Of a DNA stretch of 64,000 nt, positions 1-12,446 are shown in pieces. A program made the translations under genes and the position numbers. Origin of the DNA: Octopus sinensis (taxonomy: Eukaryota). The stretch covers positions 15,066,001-15,130,000 of the forward strand of contig NC_043016.1 of the NCBI RefSeq assembly GCF_006345805.1. Direction: 5' to 3'. The first letter of the stretch is position 1. Each line of letters opens with the position of its first letter. Under the pieces are notes generated by a model. The model worked only from the letters and a program-made list of their open reading frames with translations. It was not told where the DNA came from and ran no database searches.

Positions 1-29
1 TGTCCTTCGCACTCACTCTCTACGGACCC

Positions 30-362
30 ATGGTTTCTAAAACAAAGTTTTGCAAAATAACTGCAAGCACAACACTGATGCTTCTGTGGCCTGCAATGAC
101 TAATTAAGCATTTTAGCACCTGTCTAGCTAACGATCTTTGCACTTGCTAACATGCATCTCTATCGAGCTATAAGACACAGGATGCTGGGCAGATGTCATG
201 GTGTTCACTGTGGTGTGCGCTATGCCAACAAATGGTGGAGTATCTGAAGCTGGTTTGTAACCCAAATTTTAGTTTGCAACTCAAAGCAAAAAAATTGGCC
301 AAGAGACAACACGTATCTCAAAAACTCGTTAGTTGGGACACTCGTAAGTCAAGGTACCACTG
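30..362. mobile_element. pogo/Tigger-like DNA transposon end
   Basis: Ends in ctcgtaagtcaaggtaccactg, the reverse complement of a CAGTGGTACC..GACTTACGAG Tigger-type terminal inverted repeat; left boundary uncertain. Confidence 0.5.
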
Positions 363-424
363 TGTATTATATATATATATATATAATATATATATATATA
401 ATATATATATATATATATAAAATG

Positions 425-785
425 CAAGCAAGGCTGTGTGGTAAGAAGTTTGTTCCCTAACCACATGGTTCTGTGTCCAGCCTCTGGCTAACCGAAGCCT
501 TGAGAGTGGATCTGATAGATGGAAACTGAAAGAAGCCCATCATATGTGGGGGTGGGTGGCTGGATGTCTTTATGGTTGTATCTGTCCCCCATTATCACTT
601 GACAACCAATATTGGTTTGTTTATTTCCCTTTAACTCCGTTGTTTGGCAAACAGATGCTGGAATAAGTAGCAGACTTAACTAAGAAAAGTAAGAAATTAG
701 GGTCAATTTCTTCATCTAATCCCTTCAGGGACGTGCTCCCGCATGGCCACTGTGCAATGACTAAATCAAGTAAAGGATAAAAGAT
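425..785 (+). mobile_element. tRNA-derived SINE (family A; further copies near 1298-1435, 35640-35975 on minus, 40400-40600, 55498-55650, 55690-55800)
   Basis: Head GGCTGTGTGGTAAGAAG...ACCACATGGTT with A/B-box-like motifs, plus a shared body and tail seen in several copies in the window. Confidence 0.8.
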
Positions 786-973
786 GTTATACTTATATAA
801 GAAACACTGGACCACTAATTCCGTTCAATCTAACTCACAGTTTATTGAAGGAGTAGTTATTTCTTTCATAATCTTAAGTTAGTTTCATTTTTCTTCACAC
901 ATTTTACCACATATTTCTTTGTAAAGATAATTGTTTCCACCTACATATTGTTTTTCTTTGTTTGCCTTTACAG

Positions 974-1074
974 GTGCTTGTATTGAAGACAAATTATTCC
1001 CTAAAACAAATTCTTTATTAGATGGAAGAGTTCAACCATTGGCAGATATTGAAGAATTTTCTCTTAAGATCAAG
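974..1074 (+). CDS. pepM: Phosphoenolpyruvate mutase, internal coding exon (first in window; upstream exons lie outside the window)
   Basis: ttacag|GT acceptor and AAG|gtattg donor; translates (G)[33 protein letters not shown], matching the ICL/PEP-mutase IEDK..PKTNS gating-loop motif as recalled from Mytilus PEP mutase; phase 1 to phase 0. Confidence 0.96.
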
Positions 1075-1681
1075 GTATTGTTAAGCATTATGAATAACTT
1101 TTATATCTGGTTCTGACTGAAATATTTGGTTTGTGTTAGAATAGTTGTGATGTTTCGGAGTCATTGTGTGTCTCTTTGAACTGATAAAAAGAACATAGAC
1201 TTCAAAAATCTATAAAATAGCTTTATGTAGGAACATCACGAAATAAGCTATGTTATTTCAAGTTTTCGCATTGGAAAGCACTGTGCAATAAATATTCGGG
1301 TGTGGCTATGTGGTAACAGGTTTGCTTCCCAACCACATGGTTCTAGGTTCAGTCTCAAAGCATGGGATTGATCATAAGCAAGTATCTTCAATAATAGCCC
1401 CAGGCTGACTGAAGTGGATTTCGTAGAGTGACCCTAATCTTGTGGGCTCTTGGGTGTTGGTGCCATGTAAAAAGCACCTGTACCAGTGTTATGTAAACGC
1501 ATCCATGATGGTGCTGTGTAAAAACACCCAGTACCCTCTGTAAAGTGTTTGGCGTTAGGAAGGGCATCCAGCTGTAGAGACTATGCCAAAATAAACATGG
1601 AGCTTAGGCAGCTCTTCATCTGACCAGCACCTATCAAACTATCCAACCCATGCCGGCATGAAAAATGGACATTAAATAAGA

Positions 1682-1726
<45 letters not shown>

Positions 1727-1940
1727 CATGTGTGTGTGTGTTTGTCCCCCCATCACCACTTGACAACTGGTGTTGGTTTGTTTATGTCTTGATAACTTAG
1801 AAGTAGCAAACTTTAAAAAATAAGTGCCAGGGTTGAGCCATTTGATTTAACCCTTCAAGGTAGTGCTCCAGAATGGCTGCAATCCAATGAATAAAACAAG
1901 TAAAAAATAAAAGCTAATAAGCAGCCATAGCCACTAACTA

Positions 1941-1978
<38 letters not shown>

Positions 1979-2689
1979 GATGATGATGACGATGACGATG
2001 ATCCTTTCTACAATAGGCACAAGGCCTGAAATTTGGTGGGATGGGACTAGTTGATCACATCGACCCCCAATGCTTGACTGGTACTTAATTTATCGACCCC
2101 AAAAGGATGAAAGCAAAGTCAAGCTCAATAGTATTTGAACTCGGACCATAAAGATGGATGAAATGCCACAAAGCATTTCACCTGGCATGCTGACAATTCT
2201 GCTAGCTTGCTGCCTTAATAATAATAATAATAATAATAATATTAATAACTAGAAAATCACTTGGAGAGCGCAAACCTCCGCCAACCAACTCATTCTACCC
2301 ATATACATACATGCTGAAAATTGCCCAGTTTCCGAAATCAGTGACGGCAAAAACATAACCTCCTTGGTGGGGTTAAAAAAAAATAACACAGCCATATGAT
2401 CTGAAGAAAAAACCCTTTAAAAACAGGAATCATCTGAAGCAGTTATAATACATCAATGACAACAGCAAGCTCTGCAGACCTCTGCCAAGCAGTTCATTTT
2501 AAGATAGATACGCGAGTAAAATTACTAATAGAGAAGCGAAAATAAACTTTGGAAACAGCAATGCCACCATAGGTTACGTGGAAACGATGAAAGTGTTTTC
2601 AAGGAAAATAATCAAAGAATGTAACATTGTAATACTTCATGTAAAGTAAATATAACAAATGAAAAATCCTTCAAGAATCCATTAAAGTT

Positions 2690-2850
2690 TCCAAATCACT
2701 ACCAAAATTTCATCATCTGTTCCTTGTGTTATTACCAACTTTTCCTGCAAGTTTCATCAAATACTGTTCACAACTTTTTGTGTAATTTTGTACACAGACG
2801 GACAAACCAATGCTGATGAAAACATAACCTCCTTCCTTGGTGGAGGTAAT
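2690..2850. mobile_element. Non-autonomous element with a terminal hairpin (partial second end near 2345-2375)
   Basis: aaaacataacctcc-ttccttggt-ggaggtaa stem-loop end preceded by acagacggac; class (Helentron/HINE-like) is uncertain. Confidence 0.35.
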
Positions 2851-3159
2851 AATAATAACAACAAGAGCACTCAGAGAGTGAACACCTCTACCAAGGCACC
2901 ACCAACGTCCCCTCAATGATTAGCCAGAGATGATTTTTAAAATGAGAATATCTGAAATAAACTTGACTGCTCTCACAAATGAGAATACTAAAAATGAACC
3001 CGACTGCCCTCAAAAATTAAGTAAAAAAAAAAACAGGAAAAATAATCCAGACTCCTTTTCCGGCACTGGATCGCCTGTGCATTTTATTTCTTTATTAAAT
3101 GCAGACTTCTATCAACTAATTTAATGGTAATTACTTGTAGTATTTAATATTCTAATGCT

Positions 3160-3352
3160 GCAAGTTGGCAGAATTATTACTGTACCAGTTTTATTTCATC
3201 AGTCTGAGTTCAAATTCTGCTAAGGTCAACATTGCTTTTTATCCTTCTGGGGTCAATAAAATAAGTACCAGTCGAGTACTGGGGATTGATATGACTTACT
3301 TACCCACCTCCATTTGAAATTTCTGGCCTTGTGTCAAAATTTGAAACCACGA
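3160..3352 (+). mobile_element. SINE family B (further copies near 2020-2215 minus, 18576-18790, 19065-19270, 19570-19785, 23375-23540, 38990-39150 minus, 49530-49630, 61750-61960)
   Basis: Recurrent tggcagaat..ttag...ctgagttcaaattc...aagtaccagt..tactgggg consensus. Confidence 0.8.
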
Positions 3353-3401
3353 CTTGATATTTTTTTTACATTTTTTCTTTTTTTTTTGTCTTTTACCAAA
3401 G

Positions 3402-3519
3402 GCTTGCAAAGACAGTCAGAGAGATCCCGACTTTTGCATTGTGGCACGAGTTGAAGCATTCATTTCAGGATATGGACTTGAAGAAGCATTGAAGAGAGCT
3501 GATGCTTATGCTAAAGCAG
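3402..3519 (+). CDS. pepM: PEP mutase coding exon
   Basis: ccaaag| acceptor, GCAG|gtgtgt donor; [39 protein letters not shown](G) with the conserved ARVEA motif; phase 0 to 1, continuous with neighbouring exons. Confidence 0.96.
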
Positions 3520-3869
3520 GTGTGTGTTGTCTTCACTGTTCTTTTACAAATTTCCCTGAGCTTACATTGAATATGAGGAAAGTTTGAAGATATCAAATTC
3601 TCACAAAGTTTAAACATCGTGTCATTATCATTGATATTTCCTAAAACATATTCTGTTGATCTCAGTTCCGTTATAAATATTTTATTCCAGTTAACTTACT
3701 GCAGATTACAAATCATGTAGAACAGAGATTTCAGTACTGTAACAGGCAGCTTTGTATGTATGTATTGGGCATGAGTATATATGCATACGTACACACACAC
3801 AAACACACATACGCACACATCATAAATAAATATATATATATATATTTTTAATATATATATATATATGAA

Positions 3870-4870
3870 TAAATGAAAGAATGGAGTTGAACGAAGATTT
3901 TAACAAAATTCCTTTACTCTCAACACATGTTTCAAAGACTGCATACTCTTAATTCCGAAGGAATAAAGGGTGCATTATGCCGTCTTCTCATCAGGAAAGA
4001 CAAGGAACCTCTATCAGCCTCAAGATGAACAAAAGCGTTTTGATGACTGCCTACATGGTGTCCACAGTGATAATGAGTGTTTTTTTAAAATAATCCGTTA
4101 TAAGCAATGACGTCAAAATTGGTTGGAAGGAGGAAGTTTTAAAAATAGGAAGGGGACAGTATGTATGCTGTATGTATGGGGATGCGCGGGTATTTGCTTT
4201 TGTTAATGAGTTTGAGTGTTTATGTGTGTGTATGAGTGTGTGTATGTAACTGCATCTGTGTGTGTGTGTGTGTGTGTAATTGTGTGTGGGGGGGGACAAT
4301 TGTCAAATATATTTAGTAGTGAGGTGACAAATTTGTGTCTGTGTTTGATTGTGCGTATGATAGAGAGAGAGAGAAGGGGGAGAGGTAGAGAGAAAGAGAT
4401 AAACATACGCCAACGATATTTAGTAGTAATGTTTCATGCAACGGAGTAGACAGAAAGAGTTTGTCTATGGCAGTGGTGTAGATGTGAAACTAATTATTAA
4501 AACCAAAGAGGTTATCTATATTATTTATTTATCATTTATATGAGTGGAAAGTGTGCTTCTGCCAATGCTTACATTTATAGGATTTTTCTATTAGTGTTTT
4601 TACCAAGGGGAACTTGGCGAAAAGGATATAGAACAGTTCAGAATTACAAATGCCACAATATTTCCTGCCCTTATCAAAAGGAAAGGATACAGACAATATG
4701 GACCAATCCAGCTTGAAAGTTATATTGTTGTCCTTAAGACGCCAAACTAATTTACTTAGTCCTGTACTTTGTTGTTTTCTCTTATCTCGGAGAGTTGAAT
4801 AATGATTGGAAATTCTCTGGGACAATCGAGAAGTTGTCGCACAAGTCAAAATAAAAAATACTAAAATAAT
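3870..4870 (-). mobile_element. Penelope-like retroelement 3' fragment: GIY-YIG-type endonuclease C-terminus plus pLTR with a hammerhead
   Basis: ORF 4532-4849(-) with R...H....STGLSKLVWRLK..WSILS...C..C..E....C.H pattern typical of PLE C-termini; hammerhead downstream on the same strand; interrupted by (TG)n. Confidence 0.7.
3917..3999 (-). ncRNA. Type I hammerhead ribozyme motif, canonical core
   Basis: Minus strand: stem I ctttc / CUGAUGA / stem II gaagacggcata...tatgcagtcttt / GAAA / C-augu-G / U-U (GUU site) / stem I gagag. Confidence 0.7.
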
Positions 4871-5057
4871 TTTATAAAGAACATTTCAGTACCGGTTTCA
4901 GTCATTTTGAGACCTTTTCAACTGTAACGATTAAATAATTAAATTTAGAAAAATTAAAAGAAATGTTTTTTTAAAGGAATATTTGTTTAGTGTTCAAATA
5001 TAAGTGGCATTTTCCTTGTTTCTGCCTTGTTCTGTCTCTTGGGTCATATATTTATAT

Positions 5058-5568
5058 ATTTAAAGAAAATAGAGAAGTAATTAATAAAATTATTTATTAA
5101 TTATAAAATATGACATCTCTGACAGCTGTTTCAATTCAGAAATATTTAGATAATTAATTTATAAAACTAAAATCATTATGAGTCTCTTTAGATATACCGA
5201 TTAGAAATACATGTTGAGATAATTGCTATGAAACCATTAACTGATAGCAAATATACAAAAAGAGCCGATAAGAGATAATGATGATTTATTTATGTAGAAT
5301 CAGCTCAATAAGCTATATTAAATTGGTTCCTTCAGTAACTGTCTCTTTTTGTATATTTGCTGTCAGTTAACGGTTTCATAGCCATTATCTCAACATGTAT
5401 TTCTAATTGGTATATCTTTACTACCTCTGAAGAGATTCATCTTATAATGATTTTAATTTTATAGATTTATTATCTAAAGATTTCTAAATTGAAAACGCTG
5501 TCAGAGATGTTGTCATATTTTATAATTAATAAATAATTTTATTAATTACTTCTCCATTTTCTTTAAAT
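5058..5568. mobile_element. Foldback/MITE-like element with about 210-bp imperfect arms (solo arm of the same family near 8860-9070)
   Basis: 5058-5264 is an imperfect reverse complement of 5343-5568, spacer about 78 nt. Confidence 0.75.
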
Positions 5569-5615
5569 GGTTCAATTTCGATTCCAATTTCACTTGCCCC
5601 AACAGGTCTTCACAA

Positions 5616-5655
<40 letters not shown>

Positions 5656-6930
5656 CAGCATCTGCTCATCTCTCACTCTTTGGTCTGCTTCAATGATTCC
5701 CAGCCCAAACTCCTCTTTTTTCAGTGACTCTCTTCACTATTTATTTCCTGTTTTGTTCTCCTCACATCTTCTGCCCATACTAGCCCTTATAATCCAGGAT
5801 AGCACTAGGATACCCAATCCATTTCATCACTCTTACCACCTTTTGCTTCCCTTTCTCACAAACCTCTGGTAACAATCCTCTCCTCCTTTCTCTTATTCCT
5901 ATGTACTCTCTTCCAGAATAGTATTTATTCTGTTACTCTTTCCACTATCATCCATTCATTTTATCATGCTTTATCCTCTCTCATCATCTTGCTTAGAATC
6001 TTCACACTCTCTCTCTATCCTATTCTTCTTTCTGCTGTGGGGGCTTCTTTAGGGTCTTGCAAGTTGCAAGGCCACCTCACTTGTGCTGGTGCCAGAAAGA
6101 AACACTTAGTGCACTCTGTACAGAGGTTAGTGTTAGGAAGGACATACGACCTTAGAAGCCATGGAAAAACAGGTGTTGGAGACCAACATGGTCCTACACC
6201 ACATCAGATCTTTGTCAAAAGTGTCCAATCCATAACAGCATGGAAGGCACATGTAAATTGATGATAACAGTATATGCATGCATGCATGTATGTATGTATG
6301 TATGCATGCATGCATGCATGTATGTATGTCTTTTTATTTATTAGCATTGCTCCTAGAATGAGGGACATACTTTCTACAAAGAAACAAAATCCCCATCATT
6401 GGAGTTTGGATAATAATAATGATAATTGTTACCTATTAAATGTTTAGAAGGTTTTGCATATTTTTACTGTTCCACTTATAGATTGCATCTGTAAAAATCA
6501 TCTTCACTGGTTTCTGTCTTTGCTTGAAAATCCTAGCTTCTCCAGATTATGACTTAAACATTTACTATTGGTATGAATGTTAATTTAAAATCAGGGAGAT
6601 TATTTCAGGTTTGAATTAATTGTTCATAGTTATTCTTCTTCTGCTGATTTTGGAAGAAATGTTCACACCTGCAGAGCAATTAACCTCCATAACTGCACAT
6701 GATTTTTCTTTTCTCTCCCTAATAACTGTGCAGTGTTCTTTCTTGCATACTACACCTGATTCCTCTCATGCCCAGATATATATATTATATATATATATAT
6801 ATATATAACTGCCAACTCTGAAAAGCTCAGAGTTACATAAGCATGCTGTTACCTAACATCTGGTTGAACCCCTAGTGTAAAACCAATGGTAAAAGTACCC
6901 ATAATGGTTATATAGTACTATATACTTTGA

Positions 6931-6975
<45 letters not shown>

Positions 6976-7049
6976 ACTTAGATACGTTTCGACCAAAGAT
7001 TGGTCCAGGTCATGCCTAACTTAATAGCACCACCTGATAGAATTATCTA

Positions 7050-7950
7050 AATCCTTTTAAGTCAAGTTTTGTGGTATTATGGTCCATTTGAGTGGTGAGT
7101 TCTTGTTGAGTGAGTTGTATCCAGGTATGGGTGGCTTATCTGGTGTTCCTTGAAGAAATTGGTCCAGATTCCATTTAAAGGTAATGGGATCCTTTTCCAT
7201 TTTGATCTGTTTTGAGAAAATATTAAATAGGGCAGGGCCTGTCAAGGAAAAGAAATTGTGCTGCAGTGTATTTATGTGTTGCGATCCTGAATTGGGTAGG
7301 GGACATATGGCCTATGTTCCTAGCCTTGGATGAATTTTGAAGCTAATGTTGAGGTCATTTGGGCAATGCTGATGGTATGTTCTCCACATCGTGCAAATAA
7401 TATATTGCTCACGGTGGCACTGGAGAGAATAGAGTTTCAATGCTTTAAGGCGGTCCCAATAATCTACATCAGTCATGACTTTAATTCTTTTAGTGCATGT
7501 CCTCTGGGGTGACTCAATTTTTGAAATGCTTTGTTTTGTATGGGGAGACCAAACAGGGCAGCAGTATTCAAGTGTGGCTGTTCAAAGGAGGAGAAAAGTG
7601 GAATGATGACACCTTGTTCTCTGGACCAGCAGGTTCTTAGGATCCAGGAGCTCATCCTATGAGCTAAATCGACTTTATTGTTGATGTGGGCACTCCAACT
7701 GAGAATGCTGTCAACAATTACTCCTTGGTCTCTGATATAATTAGATGAGAGCATGGCTGTTTTAGCATTGTCTTTTTTTCAAAACGCATCAGCTCAAATT
7801 TTCCTTCATTTAGTTGCATTTTGTTTTTGTCTGCCATTAACTTACAGCATGGAGATCAGACTGGAGTTGAGTTTGGTCTTCTTCATTGATAATTTTCTGG
7901 CGCTTATGTTCACTTTGCAATGTTTTATGATGCTGGAAAGGTCATTTATC
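7050..7950 (-). mobile_element. Decayed CR1/Jockey-superfamily LINE 3' fragment
   Basis: Minus ORFs with DQGVIVDSILSWSAHI..WILRT and GPALFN..FKWNLDQFL..PDKP..GY, typical of the post-RT C-terminal region. Confidence 0.7.
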
Positions 7951-8607
7951 TGGATTATAAAGAGGAGCGAGCCCAAGACATCATCATCATCATCAGTTAA
8001 TGTCCATTGTCCATGCTGGCATGGGTTGGACAGTGTGACCAGGTGTGTCAAGCTGGGGAGCTGCACCAGACTCCAGTCTGCATTGGCATAGTTTCTATTG
8101 CTGGATGACCCTCTTAACACCAACCATTTTACAGAATGGGATCCACATTGCCTCTGTTCGGCCCAACACTCAACAGGTGCTTTGTACATACCACCGGCAT
8201 GGGTACCTGGTACACGACACTAGCATCGGCCGCATTGCCTCCATGAGGCCCAATGCTTGAAAGGTGTTTTTTATGTGTCACTTACATGACTCTGGCACCA
8301 ACCAAAACTATGATTTCACTTGGTTTGATGGGTCTTCTCAAGCACAGCACATTGCCAAAAGTCTTGGTCACTAGTCATTGCCTCCATGAGGCCCAATGCT
8401 GCATAAAAACCTTCCAGTACACTCTGTACAGTGGTTGGTATTAGAGAAGTTATCCAGCTGCAGAAAACTTTCCAAGGCAAACATTCAGAGCCTGCTAAAG
8501 CTGCTTTTGCCAGCTCCTGTCAAACCGTCCAACCCATGTCAGCATGAAGAATGGACATTAAATGATGATGATGATGAAGAAGATGGCTGAGGATGTACAC
8601 ACGCACG

Positions 8608-8649
<42 letters not shown>

Positions 8650-9886
8650 CACACACACATGAAAGTTGTTTAGAGGGTACATTGACCTGATAGAGGATGG
8701 CTACATCCAAGGAAACACTGGTTCTGTACCTAGTATTTTTGGGAAATGAAATTTCTTTAAATCAATAGGTATATATTAAGCATATAATTCATGTTCAGTT
8801 AATTGAAAGAAAGAAAACGGAGAGTTAAAAGTTAATAATTATTTATTATTAAATATATATATATTTAAAGAATAAGGAGAAAAGGGAGAGGTAATTAATA
8901 AAATTATTTATTAATTATAAAATACATCTCTAACAACTGTTTTGATTCAGAAATCTTTAGATAATTATAAAATTAAAATCATTATAAGATGAGTCTCTTC
9001 ACAGGTAGTGAGAATATACTGATGAGAAAAACATGTTAAGATAACGACTATAAAACCGTTAACGGTTGAACTTTCCATAGATTGGTAACTAACCAGTATT
9101 TTCATTAGATTTATGATCCCTTAATGAGGTTTATTACCTTTACTTATATATATATATATATATGATCATGTAGTTACATACTAATATTTAGCCACATCCA
9201 ATCGTAGATAAGGCAATAAAATTAATCCAAAATTTTGGGGTCAGACTGGTGACGGGATAGGAGGGTAGCATTATATCCAAGAATGAAAGAAAAAGGGATA
9301 CATAAAATATAGATATTATTGTATTTGACTTTTAGTTACAAAAAGTAAGAAGATTTTACTATTTATATGCAAATAGTAAATACGGTAAATTCAGTTTGTT
9401 AAAAACAGGGATCAAAATGTTGGCCCTTATTGCTAAATCTTTTTACATTGTAACTAATATACTCTATATAAAGATTACTAATGTATATAATTTTCTGTAC
9501 AAAATGTATGTTGATTAAATTATTATTTTTATTGTTGAAACTGAAAGCAATTTAGAAATGTTTATTTTCATGCCTACCCTATCACAGTTCAAATCTCATT
9601 GAAATTATTTTTATATTTCTTTGCTTAGAGTGATAAAAAAAAACATTTAAGTATTCTACTAACGTTGATATCTTCTCTCATAATTTATTTTACCAAATTA
9701 ATCATATTGTTCAAGTTGGAATTTAATGTGTAATAAATAGGACACGGTGACATATTTTTAAATAGTTTTTAGTTGGATAATCTTTATTGAATCTATATGT
9801 AAATACAAGGAAACAAAGAAACAGGGAAAAAAAAATTATGGTGTGGGGGGATTGAGCAGCAGAAGGTGGAGGGGGGGTGATGGGTC

Positions 9887-9926
9887 ACACACCCCAGAAC
9901 AAATGTACATCTGTTCTGGGGTGTGT
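9887..9926. repeat. 40-bp spacerless palindrome with one mismatch
   Basis: acacaccccagaacaaatgt|acatctgttctggggtgtgt. Confidence 0.9.
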
Positions 9927-12399
9927 ATTTTGTATTGGCTGTATGTAAAGGTAAAATTTATATGTGAATATTCATTTTCATGGGACATAGTCAGGGAGAC
10001 CCCTTTTCCAAAAGAAAGGACCAGATTAACCAACCTTTCTAAAATTATAATTTTCTAGAAATGTTATCAAGTATTTTAACCCTAATCAATACCCAATTGT
10101 AAGACATTGTTTCTTTTCTAATATAATTTCATTCCCATCAACGATGCATTATCAGAATATAAATCACCTGATCACATGACCAATACTCAGAAAATAAGAA
10201 AGGTGAAAATTGATCTGAGCAGGGTTTGAATGTAGAAAGTAAAAATCCTTAGCTAAGCATCCTCATCAATATTACTTTATATCTATGTCTCCGTGGTCAA
10301 AAACATTTCTTATTTGAAGATTGGTGCTTTTGTGTGTCATTTGACTTGGCTTTTATGACTGCCCTTCCTATTGCCAACCATTTTACATAGCACCAACACT
10401 AGAGGAGTTGATAGATCCTCGGTGACACTGGGCCAAAGTAACTTCAGAACCTTACATTTTCTCTACTCGTTTGCCAACCACATTGCAATGTGTATGGGTC
10501 CTTTTTTTCCCTGCCTTTTTGTGGCAGTTTTACTTTTTCTCTGTAGAGATGGAGGTTCCATCATTGTACGAGCATGTGAGGTTGGGTGTCTTGTACTCAG
10601 TAAATGGGGAATGTACAGAAAAGCACTCAGCAACCTAAGGCATGTGGAGCAAGTAGGAAAGTGTGAAAGCAAAAAAGTGTAGTTGAGAGGAGGGACAGAA
10701 GTATGAGTGGAAAATGTACTCAATAACCTAGGAAGAGAGGGAGAGAGCAATGGCATTAGAAAAACCAGAATGGGTAGGAGGGTGGAAAGAGCAAGAGTAT
10801 ATAATAGGGAAAATGGCAAAGATATTTTGTAAATGGAATCAAGAATAGATTTGCAATAGCAGAGGTGGATAACAGTAAGAGTGTTAGGTGGGAATAGAGG
10901 TGGTTCCGAAGAGAGAGAGAGATTACCAGGTGATAGTATATAAGAGTGTAATGGATAAGTGGATGATTGTTGTCCAGTGTAGCCTTTTATATGTGGGCCT
11001 GGTGAAGGACGAGAGGTCAGAGTGATGAGCATATTGCAGTCAGCACAAATGGTAAAAAGATGAGAGATTGAAGGCTACAAGCTGAAAGAAGAGGGTGAGA
11101 AATGGATAGATGAAAGTGAAGGTGTCAGAGAGAGACAAATATTATCTTTACAGATTTTTAAGCCTCTAAACACTCGTTTCAGAGTCTTCAGGTGTTCCGC
11201 AGCATCACATATCACTAATCAGTACTGGTCCTTGTCATGTCCTCTGCAGTATCTTCAGCTCAGTCTTCATCCCAACTCTTCTTTGGTCTCCATAGGTTCC
11301 ACTAACTTATGGTGTTCAACACGTCCTTACACAGCAGTCATTCTCTACACACATCACTTGCCCACATCAATGCAGCCTCCTTCCTTGTGCACTTTACCTG
11401 ATTTCTCTTATACCCAGTCTCACCCCTCAGCTCATTTGTACTCCCTACTTACTTTATGCATTCATCAGAGTGTGCTTGCTTTGTTTCTTCATAGTCTTTG
11501 TAAATCTTCAATATTCAAGGCTGACATTTTGCAAGTACTGTATACAATCTTCCCTTCACTCTGGGGAACAAGGCGGGCTAATATCTCCCTGATCTTTTCC
11601 CAACCTTTTCTTACTTTTAAAAAAAGGTTACCTTCTCGAGTCATGCTGACTCATAGACAGGACGCCAGTCTATCACAGGATTACTCACTTTTGCCAGCTG
11701 AGTAGACTGGAGCAAATGAAATAAAGTGTTTTGCTCAAGAACACAATATGTCGCCCGGTCCAGGAGTTGAAACCTCAATCTTATGATCACGAGCCCAAAA
11801 CCCTAACCACTAAGCTACTTCTTCTTACTTTGACCATTATACTTTCTATTTCTAAACTAGGCATTTTGTCCGATATTCTGCTGATTAATTGTTACTTCAT
11901 ATCCACCCTGCATATAATCCACCCTGCACATAATCCACCCTGCACATAAAAAGAAAAATTGTTTACTTGTTAGAAAAGCTTTCAGTCACTCTACAGTTTG
12001 TCTCTCATATTCACCTTCTACTGTTGGGTGACCTACAAATAACAAAAGTAGATTTGGGTCTCTAGTTGTTGGAGCTTGCTAATTTTTACAACACCTCGAC
12101 CTGAATGCTGTCATTGTACTCCTCCTTTATCTTTCTCTTTTTCACCCTCACCCTTTTCTCGGGCTATTCTATCGTATTTTCTATAACATACTCACACAAT
12201 TTCCTCTCTTGATCTGTTTTCTTTTGAGGCTCTCACCAGCCACACCTCAAAGTGAGCATTATCATATTAATGTCAGCCACTTATTTCTTTCTCTAGTTTT
12301 CATGGGTGTAACAACACAATTATTACTACTACCCCACCCTCTGCAGCCTTTGAATTTTCTTTCCAAAAGAATTTTTCAACACAATGTGTAATATATATA

Positions 12400-12405
12400 T
12401 ATATG

Positions 12406-12446
<41 letters not shown>

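Noticed and set aside
425-500. tRNA genes suggested by A/B-box motifs here and in other SINE heads
   Set aside because: No complete cloverleaf; each continues into a shared SINE body
10463-11032. 189-aa Leu/Ser/Pro-rich minus ORF
   Set aside because: Purine/pyrimidine-skewed low-complexity sequence, probably an old retroelement relic; no motif or splice support
11901-11948. 3 x 16-bp tandem atccaccctgca(c/t)ata
   Set aside because: Ordinary slippage repeat with no further structure
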